Positions 1-8,613 of a stretch of 64,000 nt of DNA are shown piece by piece. A program made the translations under genes and the position numbers. Origin of the DNA: Anaeromyxobacteraceae bacterium (lineage in GTDB: Bacteria > Myxococcota > Myxococcia > Myxococcales > Anaeromyxobacteraceae); NCBI GenBank assembly GCA_035499295.1, contig DATJZG010000150.1, positions 8,675 through 72,674 on the forward strand, given 5' to 3'. Below the pieces are notes generated by a model, which worked only from the letters and a program-made list of their open reading frames with translations, was not told the DNA's origin and ran no database searches. Position 1 is the stretch's first letter, and every line of letters begins with the position of its first letter.

Positions 1-408
1 GACCCCGTAGAGCAGGTTCCGGTTGACCTTGATGTTCGAGATGGCCGGCTGGGTCATGGTCGAGGCGCTGGTGTCGGACGTCGAGGACACCGTCGCCGGG
101 TTGTTGCCGGCGGCGTAGTTGCCCTGGTTGAACGCCACACAGGCGGCCTCGCAGCGGCGGCAGCCGACGCAGAGGGTGTTGTCGGCGACGACGAGGCCCT
201 GCGCGTTCGCGACGTACACCTGCCTCGGGGTGGCGGTGTTGTTCGAGGAGGCGCAGCCATACTGGAAGGCGACCGCGCCCAGGCCGGCGATGCCGAGGCT
301 CTTGTTGAAGGAGCGACGGCTGATGGTCTTGTGGATGAACTCGCGCACCTGCTCGAGCGTCGTGAGCTCCTCGGGGATTGCTACGACTGGAAGTTCATTG
401 CCTGCCAT
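1..408 (-). CDS. Tat-exported 4Fe-4S ferredoxin-type subunit (DmsB/HybA-like); 3' end lies outside the window
   Basis: My own minus-strand translation from the ATG at 408, with RBS AGGAGAGGG at 412-420, gives MAGNELPVVAIPEELTTLEQVREFIHKTISRRSFNKSLGIAGLGA... This has a twin-arginine signal (SRRSF) followed by CVGCRRCEAAC, a CxxCxxCxxxC cluster motif. It is absent from the ORF track because there is no stop in the window. Confidence 0.8.
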   Translation of the reverse strand, partial: MAGNELPVVAIPEELTTLEQVREFIHKTISRRSFNKSLGIAGLGAVAFQYGCASSNNTATPRQVYVANAQGLVVADNTLCVGCRRCEAACVAFNQGNYAAGNNPATVSSTSDTSASTMTQPAISNIKVNRNLLYGV

Positions 409-571
409 TTGCCCTCTCCTTGGTGGCCTTCAGCGGTTCCGTTGCGATTCGTGGTGTCGCAATCTCCGAGCTGCGTTCGCTTCCGGTGGCCGGCGAGCCC
501 TCGCGCCATAGCAGGACGGCGCTGGCATCCCTCCCGGATCCGAGGTCTCCCGGCCTTTCTCCCCGAGGGCC

Positions 572-587
572 TGCACCCGACGTGCCA
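572..587 (-). promoter_or_regulatory. sigma54 (-24/-12) promoter candidate for the Tat-ferredoxin operon
   Basis: The minus strand reads TGGCACGTCGGGTGCA, against the consensus TGGCACG-N4-TTGCA. The GG-N10-GC spacing is correct and there is one mismatch in the -12 box. It lies about 165 nt upstream of the ATG at 408. An NtrC-type activator is encoded at 4178-5575. Confidence 0.55.
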
Positions 588-736
588 CGCCTCCCGCGCG
601 CGAATGCCGGGAAAGTCCGATGGCTTGCGAGCGAGTGCGTGCCCGGGAAGGCAGGCTCATGGGCTTATGGCCAACCAGTTGGGGATTTCGCCATGTGCGA
701 ATCCGACGCTTCCGGATCGGCTCCGGCGACGGCGAC

Positions 737-760
737 GGAGGCGAGGAGGCGAGGAGGCGA
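737..760. repeat. Perfect tandem repeat (GGAGGCGA)x3, preceded by (GGCGAC)x2 at 725-736
   Basis: Read directly from the sequence. It lies in the roughly 620-nt non-coding stretch upstream of the sigma54 promoter candidate. Confidence 0.9.
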
Positions 761-1027
761 TCCCAACGAGCTTCGCCGCCGAGAGGGGTTCCCAGTTTCC
801 CCGAGCCTTCCCCGAGCTCGAAAGGGGACCCTTCGCGACCGACGACCCCGCGGCCGCGCCGGCCTCAGCGAGCGCAGGGTCCGGGGCCGTCCCGCGCGGC
901 GAGAGCCGCCACGACCTCCGGGCATCCCGGGTCTCACCGGACGCGGTCGCGGTGGCGCGCCGACGGCGAGACGCTCGGGCGTGCGGGAACGGCTACGGCC
1001 TCGGCGTGCGCGACGCGCGGCCGCGGT

Positions 1028-1891
1028 TCACCCGGCGCGCCTCTTCTCCCAGGAGAGGACCGCCCAGCGGACCGTCCGCGGGGAGGCGAGCTCGAAGCCT
1101 CCCGCCACCGACACGAGTTCCCGCTCGAGCCAGGCCCGCAGCCGCCCCACCTCGGCAGGAGAAGGGTCGGAGATCATCCACAGCACCCGCTCCAGCGCGT
1201 CCTCGAGGGTCGCGAACCGCCTCCCCTCCGCAACGGGGATGAATTCCAGCCGGGGCTCGATCCCGAGCTGGCGGAGGAGGTTCAAGGGAAAGACGTAGTC
1301 GGGCCCCGGGACGCGGTGGCGGCCGGCGGCCTCGAACACCCGCCCGTCGATCGGACCCTCTCCCACGGGCGCGGTGACGAACACCTTGTGGCGGGCGGCC
1401 CGGTCGAGCTTGAGGAGGGCCTCGCGGAGGTCGTTCACCGAGAGCGAGCGCGACGCGAGCGCCACGTCGCAGCGGCCGATCCCGAGCCGGGCCCAGTCGT
1501 CCTCCCAGGAGCCGAGGACGGGCACGACGTTGGTGAGCCCCTCGGCGCCGCAGCGCTCGCCGAGAAGCTCGAGCATCCGCGGCGAGAAGTCGAGAGCGGT
1601 CACCGAGCGCACCCGGCGGGCGAGCGGGACGGCGAGCGTCCCCGACCCGCAGCCCACGTCGAGCACCGACCAGGAGGGGTCGGGGCTCATGAGCTCCAGC
1701 ATCCGCTCGACGTATCCGCTCTTGGAGGCGTTCCGAGCGAAGGACGGTGCGCGCCGGTTCCAGGCCTCCGAGTCTCCGCGCCGGCCGGCGAGCTCCCTCG
1801 CGACCTGCCACGCGCGGTTCCAGTCGGTCTCGCCACCCGGGTCCGCCGGGGCCACGACGTCCTCGGTCCCGCCGGCGACCGGGCTCCTCAC
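1028..1891 (-). CDS. Class I SAM-dependent methyltransferase
   Basis: 287-aa ORF with the motif-I sequence VLDVGCGSGTLAVPLA followed by ALDFSPRML. Probable GTG start. Confidence 0.8.
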   Translation of the reverse strand: MRSPVAGGTEDVVAPADPGGETDWNRAWQVARELAGRRGDSEAWNRRAPSFARNASKSGYVERMLELMSPDPSWSVLDVGCGSGTLAVPLARRVRSVTALDFSPRMLELLGERCGAEGLTNVVPVLGSWEDDWARLGIGRCDVALASRSLSVNDLREALLKLDRAARHKVFVTAPVGEGPIDGRVFEAAGRHRVPGPDYVFPLNLLRQLGIEPRLEFIPVAEGRRFATLEDALERVLWMISDPSPAEVGRLRAWLERELVSVAGGFELASPRTVRWAVLSWEKRRAG

Positions 1892-1952
1892 GTCCGCAGC
1901 TCTCCCGCGCCCGGGCGCGACCGGCGGGGCGCCGGGCCCTTTCGCCGGGATC

Positions 1953-2429
1953 TCACGCCGCCCTGGGCCCGGACTTGCCTGCCGGCCGGATGGTCCGGGC
2001 CGGGAACGTGAAGTGGCGCCAGCTCGACGTCATGTGCGAGCCCACCGAGGCCACCACGGTGGCGGCCAGGTAGCACTGGAGGCGGGCCCCCTCGAAGACG
2101 TTGCCGAGGCCGAGGAGCCCGAGCTTGAGGAGCAGGGCCCAGCCGGCGCCCTGCGTGAGGTTGAAGCACCCCCAGCGCATGCAGGCCGCGAGGAGCAGGA
2201 GGCCGCTCGCCAGCGTCGCGACGATGGGGACTCGGAGAGTCTCGAAGGTGCCACCCATGGGAATCCCGCCCAGGACGAGCGCCATGGAGGCGATGTGGAT
2301 GGAACGGAGGCCCACTTCGATCGGGCGTGCGTACGGCGGCTTCTGCGGCTTCGCCTGCCCGACTACGGGCAGGCTCGGGTTTCCGCGCGGGATCGACTGC
2401 GGCGTCGGGCTCGAGGTGGTGCGGTCCAT
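1953..2429 (-). CDS. Small integral membrane protein (hypothetical)
   Basis: I chose the internal ATG at 2429 (MDRTTSS...), preceded by GGAGGGA. The protein has hydrophobic helices (IHIASMALVLGGIPMGG, IVATLASGLLLLAACM, WALLLKLGLLGLG). The longer N-terminal extension in the track is Arg/Pro-rich and looks non-coding. Confidence 0.55.
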   Translation of the reverse strand: MDRTTSSPTPQSIPRGNPSLPVVGQAKPQKPPYARPIEVGLRSIHIASMALVLGGIPMGGTFETLRVPIVATLASGLLLLAACMRWGCFNLTQGAGWALLLKLGLLGLGNVFEGARLQCYLAATVVASVGSHMTSSWRHFTFPARTIRPAGKSGPRAA

Positions 2430-2753
2430 CGGTTCCCTCCCGGACGGCGCGAAGGTGCCCGTGCGAGTTTCCCGGGGGCTGCCCGGGGAACGGGGCGGTG
2501 AGTCACCCCCGGCCCGAGAAAACAGTATAGCAGCCCGCCCGAAGAGCCCGGCCTGGCGAGCCGCGCACAGTTTGCACTGCAAGGTTATCGCGACCTCGCC
2601 GGCGGGGTCGGCGAGCATCCACTAGGCCTCCGCCCCGCCCGGGCCTATAGTTTTCTTGGGCCAGCGGGCGCCTTTGACGGAGATCAGGCGCACGTCTTCG
2701 AGCGCGGGCCGGACGGCTTCAGGGGATCGTCAACGCCTTCAGACTACAAGTGA

Positions 2754-4181
2754 ATGAAGCGAAAGATCGTCATCGGGCTGGGCGTCTTCGTGGTCGTCTT
2801 CCTGCTCGGCGGGCTCTACATCGCCCGCACCATCAGCGCGGGAACGGCGGATCTCGATCGGCTCATCACCCTGCACCAGGTCGAGATCCTGAGGGAGCAG
2901 TTCCTCCTGCAGCTGAAGAAGGTGCAGCTCGACCTGGCGCTCAAGGGGACCGACTCCTCCCGGAGCCCCGACGTGGTGGTGGCGGACGTGAAGAACATGG
3001 AGAAGCGCGTCGACACCTGCTTCCAGTGCCACCACGCCCAGCGCGTCACCGACGAGCTCCAAGCGCTCAAGGGGCAGACGGCGCGCTACGAGGAGGCGGT
3101 GCGGCGCGCCCTGAGCTCGGCCGCGGATCCGTCCGCAGTCGGCTCGCGCGAGGAGCCGGCGATCCGCATCGGCGAGGAGCTCATCGTCCAGGTGCGGGAG
3201 ATGATCGACGTCACCACCGCGCGCCTCGGCGTCCACACGGTGAAGACGCTCGACGCCATCGCCCACACGAGGTACGTCATCTACGCGACGGTGGCGCTCG
3301 GCCCGGTGTTGGCGGCCATCCTCGGGTTCGTCTTCATCTCCGGGCTGACCCGTCCGGTGAACGTGCTCCTCGAGTCCACCCGGAGGCTGAAGGGCGGGGA
3401 CCTCGATCACCGCGTGGCGGACCTCTCGGACGAGTTCCGCGAGCTGGCCCTGGCCTTCAACGACATGGCGGGCTCCCTGAAGGAGCAGATGCAGAGGGCG
3501 CAGCGGACGGAGCAGATGGTGGTGGTGGGCCAGCTGGCGGCCGGCCTGGCCCACGAGATCAAGAACCCGCTCGGCGGGATCAAGGTGGCGATGCAGGTCC
3601 TCTACGAGGAGGCCAACCTGTCGAAGGACGACCGCGACGTGGTGAAGCGGGTCTCCCGCGAGGTCGGGCGCCTCGAGGCGCTGATGAAGAACTTCCTCAA
3701 CTTCGCCAAGCCGGCGAAGCCCCAGCTCACCGAGCTGAACGTCAACGACCTCGTCAACACCATCCTCGTCTCGAGTTGGCACGGCCGCCCCGCCTCGGTG
3801 GCCCTCACCAAGGACCTGCAGCCCCTCCCGGAGACGATGGCCGACCCGGCACAGCTCCACCAGATCCTCCTCAACCTCCTCCTCAACGCGGTGGACTCCA
3901 TGCCCAACGGCGGCACGCTCGGCGTCCGCACCTTCTTCGACCAGGGCGCCATCAGCATCGAGATCGCCGACACCGGGCGCGGGGTCAGCCCCGAGCACGT
4001 CGACAAGATCTTCACGCCGTTCTTCACGACCAAGCCCAAGGGGACGGGACTGGGGCTCGCCATCTCCAAGCAGCTGGTGGAGCAGCACGGCGGATCGATC
4101 ACCGTCGCCACCCGGCCGACGGGAGGGTCCGTCTTCCGGGTCCAGCTCCCCTGGCAGAGACCCCATCCGGTGGCGGCATGA
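2754..4181 (+). CDS. Sensor histidine kinase (TM - periplasmic helical domain with CXXCH - TM - HAMP - HisKA - HATPase)
   Basis: TM1 is IVIGLGVFVVVFLLGGLYI and TM2 is VIYATVALGPVLAAILGFVFISGL. A HAMP-like segment follows. H-box is AAGLAHEIKNPLGG, N-box is LLNLLLNAVDSM, and the G-boxes are DTGRGV and GTGLGLAISK. CFQCH lies at aa 89-93 in the periplasmic part. Confidence 0.9.
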   Translation: MKRKIVIGLGVFVVVFLLGGLYIARTISAGTADLDRLITLHQVEILREQFLLQLKKVQLDLALKGTDSSRSPDVVVADVKNMEKRVDTCFQCHHAQRVTDELQALKGQTARYEEAVRRALSSAADPSAVGSREEPAIRIGEELIVQVREMIDVTTARLGVHTVKTLDAIAHTRYVIYATVALGPVLAAILGFVFISGLTRPVNVLLESTRRLKGGDLDHRVADLSDEFRELALAFNDMAGSLKEQMQRAQRTEQMVVVGQLAAGLAHEIKNPLGGIKVAMQVLYEEANLSKDDRDVVKRVSREVGRLEALMKNFLNFAKPAKPQLTELNVNDLVNTILVSSWHGRPASVALTKDLQPLPETMADPAQLHQILLNLLLNAVDSMPNGGTLGVRTFFDQGAISIEIADTGRGVSPEHVDKIFTPFFTTKPKGTGLGLAISKQLVEQHGGSITVATRPTGGSVFRVQLPWQRPHPVAA

Positions 4182-5575
4182 AGATCAAGGGTCGAATCCT
4201 CCTGCTCGACGACGACGATCTCATCGTCTCGATGCTGGCGCGGTCGCTGAAGCGCGAGGGATACGAGGTGCAGGCGGAGACCGACCCGGAGGGGATCCTC
4301 GCCAAGATCCGCTCGTTCGCGCCGCACGTCGTGCTCCTCGACCTCAAGCTCCCGGGCGCGAGCGGCATGGACATCCTCCGCGAGATCGTCGACGAGGGCG
4401 TCGACGCCCAGGTGGTGATGCTCACCTCGGACGACAGCGCCGAGAGCGCGGTGAAGGCCATGAAGGTGGGGGCGAAGGACTACCTGACGAAGCCCTTCGA
4501 CCTCGAGGAGGTGAAGCTCGTCGTCGCCTCGCTCCTGGAGCAAGGGAGCCTGAAGCAGGAGGTCGGGTACCTCCGGAAGATCAGCTCCGACCTCAACCAC
4601 CGGGATCTCATCGGGACCTCGGAGGCCGTCCGCAGGGTGAAGGAGAGCGCCGAGAAGCTGGCGAAGGCGGGAGTCCTCTCCGTCCTCATCACCGGGGAGA
4701 ACGGCACCGGCAAGGAGATGGTGGCGCGATACGTCCACGACCTCATGCACCGGGGGGACGGGGGAAGCTGCGCGCCCTTCATCGGCATCAACTGCGCCGC
4801 CCTGCCGGAGGAGCTCATCGAGAGCGAGCTCTTCGGGCACGAGAAGGGAGCGTTCACCGACGCCAAGGTGGAGAAGAAGGGGATCTTCGAGCTGGCGGCG
4901 GGGGGCACCGTCCTCCTCGACGAGATCGGGGAGATGAAGTGGAACCTCCAGGCGAAGCTCCTGCGGGCCCTGGAGGAGTGGAAGGTCCGGCGCGTGGGGG
5001 GCAGGCACGACATCCCCATCGAGGCGACCGTCTTCGCCACCACCAACCGCAACCTCGAGGAGGCGGTGAAGAACGGGGAGTTCCGGATCGATCTCTACTA
5101 CCGGCTCGCCACCTTCTGCCTCGCCGTCCCGCCGCTCCGGGAGCGCCGCGAGGACATCATCCCCATCGCCCAGCACTTCCTCTCCTTCTTCGCGGCGAAG
5201 TACGGCCGGGCCGGGCCGTCCGGCTTCTCGCAGGAGGCGAGGGAGTTCCTGCTCGCCTACGACTGGCCGGGGAACGTCCGCGAGCTCCGGAACACGGTGG
5301 AGCGGTTCGTGGTCCTGGAGAGCGGGCCCACGGTTCTCCCCGACCACCTGCCGAAGGAGATCCTCCAACGCAAGGAGCCTCTCGCCCCGGCCGCGCCCGC
5401 AGCCGGGGCGGGCTTCACCCTGCCCGAGGGCGGCCTCTCGCTCGAGGACCTCGAGTCGACCCTCATCCTCCAGGCCCTGGCCAAGACCGGTCGGAACAAG
5501 GCGCAGGCGGCGAAGCTGCTCGGGATCACCTATGACTCCTTCCGGTACCAGGTGAAGAAGCTCGGGCTGGACTAG
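4178..5575 (+). CDS. sigma54-dependent response regulator (NtrC family: REC - AAA+ - HTH)
   Basis: The ATG at 4178 overlaps the kinase stop (ATGA). The receiver is ILLLDDDD...VLLDLKLPG. Walker A is GENGTGKE. The GAFTGA-type loop reads GAFTDA. Also present are an ESELFGHE-like segment and a C-terminal Fis-type HTH (NKAQAAKLLGITYDSFRYQVKKLG). Confidence 0.9.
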   Translation: MKIKGRILLLDDDDLIVSMLARSLKREGYEVQAETDPEGILAKIRSFAPHVVLLDLKLPGASGMDILREIVDEGVDAQVVMLTSDDSAESAVKAMKVGAKDYLTKPFDLEEVKLVVASLLEQGSLKQEVGYLRKISSDLNHRDLIGTSEAVRRVKESAEKLAKAGVLSVLITGENGTGKEMVARYVHDLMHRGDGGSCAPFIGINCAALPEELIESELFGHEKGAFTDAKVEKKGIFELAAGGTVLLDEIGEMKWNLQAKLLRALEEWKVRRVGGRHDIPIEATVFATTNRNLEEAVKNGEFRIDLYYRLATFCLAVPPLRERREDIIPIAQHFLSFFAAKYGRAGPSGFSQEAREFLLAYDWPGNVRELRNTVERFVVLESGPTVLPDHLPKEILQRKEPLAPAAPAAGAGFTLPEGGLSLEDLESTLILQALAKTGRNKAQAAKLLGITYDSFRYQVKKLGLD

Positions 5576-5581
5576 GCGCGG

Positions 5582-6331
5582 ATGAGCGGCATTCTCTCGA
5601 AGAAGAGTGCCCTGGTGCTCGGGGCCGGCGGGCTCGGCAGCCCCGCCTTGATGGTGCTGGCGAGTTCCGGGGTGGGGCGCATCGCCGTGGTGGACGGGAG
5701 CGCCCTCGAGACCTCGGACCTGAACCGCCAACCCCTCTTCACCGAGGCCGACCTGGGCGAGCGCCGAGGCGCGGCGGCCGCGCGCAGGCTGACCCGCCTC
5801 TTCCCTGCGGTGAACGTCGAGGTCGTTGACGGGTGCTTCGACGAGGCGAGCGCCGCCGGCCTGGCGCGGTCCGCGGACGTGCTCGTCGACGGCGCGGACG
5901 ACGCCCCCACCAAGTTCTTGGCGAGCGACGCCGCGCTCCTCGCCGGGAGGCCGCTCGTGCACGGGGGCGTGCTGCGCTACACAGCGCATCTCCTCACCGT
6001 GATTCCCGGGGTGACGGGGTGCCTGCGCTGCCTCTTCGAGACGCCGCCGCCGCCCGGCTCGGTGCCGGGCGTCGCCGAGGCGGGCGTGCTCGGGCCGCTG
6101 GCGGGCCTGGCAGGCGCCCTCATGGGAGCGGAGGCAGTGCGCCTCCTACTCGGCGAGCGGGGCGCCTACGCCGGTCGGCTCCTCGTCTACGAGGCCAGGC
6201 GGGCCCGCTCGCGCGCGGTGCCCGTTCGCATCCGCGACGGATGCCCGGCCTGCCGGGCCCAGCGGGAGGCGGTGGCCTCGGCAGGCGCCGCCGCACCCGG
6301 ACCCGGAACCCCGACCGCCGCAGGAGGCTAG
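5582..6331 (+). CDS. ThiF/MoeB/HesA-family E1-like adenylyltransferase
   Basis: VLGAGGLGSPALMVLASSGVGRIAVVD is a Rossmann GxGxxG motif. DLNRQ and DGADDAPTKF are present, as are two CxxC pairs (CLRC and CPAC). Confidence 0.8.
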   Translation: MSGILSKKSALVLGAGGLGSPALMVLASSGVGRIAVVDGSALETSDLNRQPLFTEADLGERRGAAAARRLTRLFPAVNVEVVDGCFDEASAAGLARSADVLVDGADDAPTKFLASDAALLAGRPLVHGGVLRYTAHLLTVIPGVTGCLRCLFETPPPPGSVPGVAEAGVLGPLAGLAGALMGAEAVRLLLGERGAYAGRLLVYEARRARSRAVPVRIRDGCPACRAQREAVASAGAAAPGPGTPTAAGG

Positions 6332-6333
6332 GC

Positions 6334-7032
6334 GTGGCCCTCTCCGAAGCCGAGGCGGCGCGCTACGCGCGCCAGCTCACCCTCCCCGGGTTCGTGCCGG
6401 CGACGCAGGAGTTCCTGCGCTCGGCCCGGGTCCACGTGGTGGGCGCCGGGGAGGTGGCGGGCCCGGCCCTCCTCTACCTGGCCGCCTCCGGGGTGGGCAC
6501 GCTGCTCCTCGACGACGCTCTCGACCTCGCCTCCGAGGACGCGGCTTCCTGGCTCTACGGCGCCGGCCAGGTGGGCGAACCCCGCATCTACGCGGCCATC
6601 GCGGCGGTGCGCGGGGCCACCTCCCTCTCCAAGCCGCGCCCCTACGCCACCGGCAGCGATCCGAGCGCGGCCCTCGTGTGCGCCTCGTCGCCCGGGACGG
6701 CGCGCGAGGCGGCCGAGCGGGCGAGGGTCGCCGGCCTGCCGCACGTGGTGGCGCTCGCCGACGGGGAGAGCGGCGAGGTGGTGACCGTCCCGCGCGGCGC
6801 CCCCTGCTACCAGTGCGCCTCGCGGCTGGCGAGCGGTGCACCGGCGAGGCCCGGCGCCGTGGCGGCGGCCCTGGGGGCGCTCGCCGCGCTCGAGCTCGTC
6901 CAGATCCTGGCGGGGGTGGTCGACCTGCCGCCGGGAGCGGGCCGGCGGGTGGACGTCGCGGGCGGCGAGCCGCAGACGCACCGCACCACGAGGGTGGCGG
7001 GCTGCGCCTGCGGGCGCCCGCGCCTGCCGTAG
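6334..7032 (+). CDS. Second, divergent ThiF-like E1 paralog
   Basis: GTG at 6334 with CAGGAGG at 6321-6327, 3 nt after the upstream stop. It has ARYARQLTLPGF, VVGAGEVAGPALLYLAASGVG and the cysteine pairs CYQC and CAC. It lacks the NLxRQ arginine-finger motif. Confidence 0.6.
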   Translation: MALSEAEAARYARQLTLPGFVPATQEFLRSARVHVVGAGEVAGPALLYLAASGVGTLLLDDALDLASEDAASWLYGAGQVGEPRIYAAIAAVRGATSLSKPRPYATGSDPSAALVCASSPGTAREAAERARVAGLPHVVALADGESGEVVTVPRGAPCYQCASRLASGAPARPGAVAAALGALAALELVQILAGVVDLPPGAGRRVDVAGGEPQTHRTTRVAGCACGRPRLP

Positions 7033-7160
7033 GCGCGGTGGTGGTTCGGGCCGCACGCAGCGGGAAGTGCTCGCCTCTCGGGCGCGGTGTTCCTCGCCGA
7101 ACTCCCGTTGACAAAACAGCGGTCCGGAGCGACGGTGCTGCGCTCGAGGCGGAGCGTCGC

Positions 7161-7952
7161 ATGGACGGGCTCAAAGTGATGCTGGCGGTGCACGTCTACG
7201 GCGACGTCTGCGGCGAGACCGTGCAGTGCCTCGTGTCGGAGCTGCGGCGCGAGGAGCGCGACCTGCGCTGGGACGTCGTCTTCCCGGCGAGCGACGCCCT
7301 GGTCTCGCGCCTGCGCTCCGAGATCGTCACCCGCGCCATCCAGGGTGGGCACGACGTCCTCGTCTGGCTCGACCACGACATGGTCTGGGCCCCCGGCGAC
7401 CTGGCCGGGCTGGTGAAGCGGTGCGCCGAGGTGAAGGGCGTGGTCGGAGGCCTCATCCCCTTCCGCGCGGAGTGGATGTTCGGGCGCGGCTTTCCCTGGC
7501 GGCCGGCGCCCGGGACCCGGGTGGCCGACGTCCAGCTCGGCCAGGACCGGCTGGTGCCGGCCGAGAAGGTCGGCGGCGGCTTCGTCGCCTTCTGGGTGCC
7601 GGCGCTGGCGCGCATGGTGGAGGCGCTCGAGAAGAGCCCGGATCCCGCCCTCAAGGTGAGCCGGTGCCGGTCGGCGGTGGAAGGGTTCTTCTGGGACGTG
7701 TGCCGCCCGGTGGCCGTCCCGTACGGCCCGGGCGAGGAGTGGCAGAACTACCTCTCGGAGGACTGGGCGCTCCTCATGCGCCTCGCGGCCTGCGAGGTGA
7801 AGGTGTTCGCCTGGACGAAGCCGCTCATCCGCCACGTCGGCCGCAAGGCCTACAGCGTGGCCGACGCGCTCGGGATCGTCGGCCCGGCGGACGACATCGA
7901 GGCCCATGTCCGCAGCACCCCCGGCGTCGTCGGGCCCTGGACGCCGGGCTAG
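7161..7952 (+). CDS. GT-A-fold glycosyltransferase-like protein (hypothetical)
   Basis: Internal ATG of the 6678-7952 frame. WLDHDM is DxD-like, and SEDWALLMRLAACEVKVFAWTKPLIRHVG resembles the ED..F..R....G.......HxG tail of GT2-like enzymes. Confidence 0.45.
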   Translation: MDGLKVMLAVHVYGDVCGETVQCLVSELRREERDLRWDVVFPASDALVSRLRSEIVTRAIQGGHDVLVWLDHDMVWAPGDLAGLVKRCAEVKGVVGGLIPFRAEWMFGRGFPWRPAPGTRVADVQLGQDRLVPAEKVGGGFVAFWVPALARMVEALEKSPDPALKVSRCRSAVEGFFWDVCRPVAVPYGPGEEWQNYLSEDWALLMRLAACEVKVFAWTKPLIRHVGRKAYSVADALGIVGPADDIEAHVRSTPGVVGPWTPG

Positions 7953-7970
7953 GTCAAGGGAGACGGATCG

Positions 7971-8498
7971 ATGGCGAAGGCGAAGCGAGGAGACACGGTG
8001 AAGCTGCACTACACCGGCAGGCTGACCGATGGAACGGTCTTCGACTCGACCGAGGACGCGGGAGCGCGGGTGTGGGACGGCTTCCGGGGCAAGGGAGTGT
8101 CCTTCGGGCCGGCGCAGCTCGTCATCGGGGCGGGCGAGATGCCCCCGGACTTCGAGGAGGCGCTCGTCGGCCTCGAGCCCGGAGAACAGGTCACCGTCCA
8201 CATCCCGGCCGAGCGGGCCTTCGGCGGGCGGGACGAGTCGCGCGTCACGGTCATCCCCATCGACGACTTCACCCCGCGGGAGCCGGGGCTCGAACGCTTC
8301 CGGGTCGCGGAAGGAAGGCATCGGCCCAACAACTTCGATCCCAAGGTCGGGGACGTCTGGGACGTGACGGCTCCGGACGGCTCCGCCTTTCGCGCGCGCG
8401 TGATCGCGAAGACGAAGGAATCCATCACCCTCGACGCCAACCACCCGCTGGCGGGGCAGGACGTCGTCTTCGACATCCGGCTGGTCGAGGTCGCGTAG
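7971..8498 (+). CDS. slyD: FKBP-type peptidyl-prolyl cis-trans isomerase (SlyD/SlpA-like)
   Basis: GDTVKLHYTGRLTDGTVFDST...GPAQLVIGAGEMPPDFEEALVGLEPGE..., then NHPLAGQDVVFDIRLVEV. Confidence 0.85.
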   Translation: MAKAKRGDTVKLHYTGRLTDGTVFDSTEDAGARVWDGFRGKGVSFGPAQLVIGAGEMPPDFEEALVGLEPGEQVTVHIPAERAFGGRDESRVTVIPIDDFTPREPGLERFRVAEGRHRPNNFDPKVGDVWDVTAPDGSAFRARVIAKTKESITLDANHPLAGQDVVFDIRLVEVA

Positions 8499-8613
8499 CG
8501 GGCGGCGCGAGCCGCCCTCCCGCGCCGCGCGCCGTCGGGCCGGAAGAGGAGACCCCCGTCGCCGTTGTCGCTCGCCGGCGCGGTGGGATGCGTCTCGACG
8601 AGAGTGCGAAGAG

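Noticed and set aside
409-571. Possible Moco riboswitch in the leader of the Tat-ferredoxin (molybdoenzyme-type) operon. The minus-strand RNA contains ...CCUCGGGGAGAAAGGCCGGGAGACCUCGG...
   Set aside because: I cannot reproduce the Moco-motif consensus or secondary structure reliably from memory. The resemblance is limited to GAAAGG and CUCGG strings. It needs an Rfam/Infernal scan (RF01055) before any claim.
2750-5575. 941-aa ORF spanning the kinase and response-regulator region. Similarly, 23239-26961 (1240 aa) and 5833-7032 are over-long.
   Set aside because: Only the 3' portions are real: the response regulator from 4178, the SDR reductase from 25969 and the second ThiF-like gene from 6334. 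The 5' portions are Arg/Pro-rich read-through in an alternative frame of the upstream genes.
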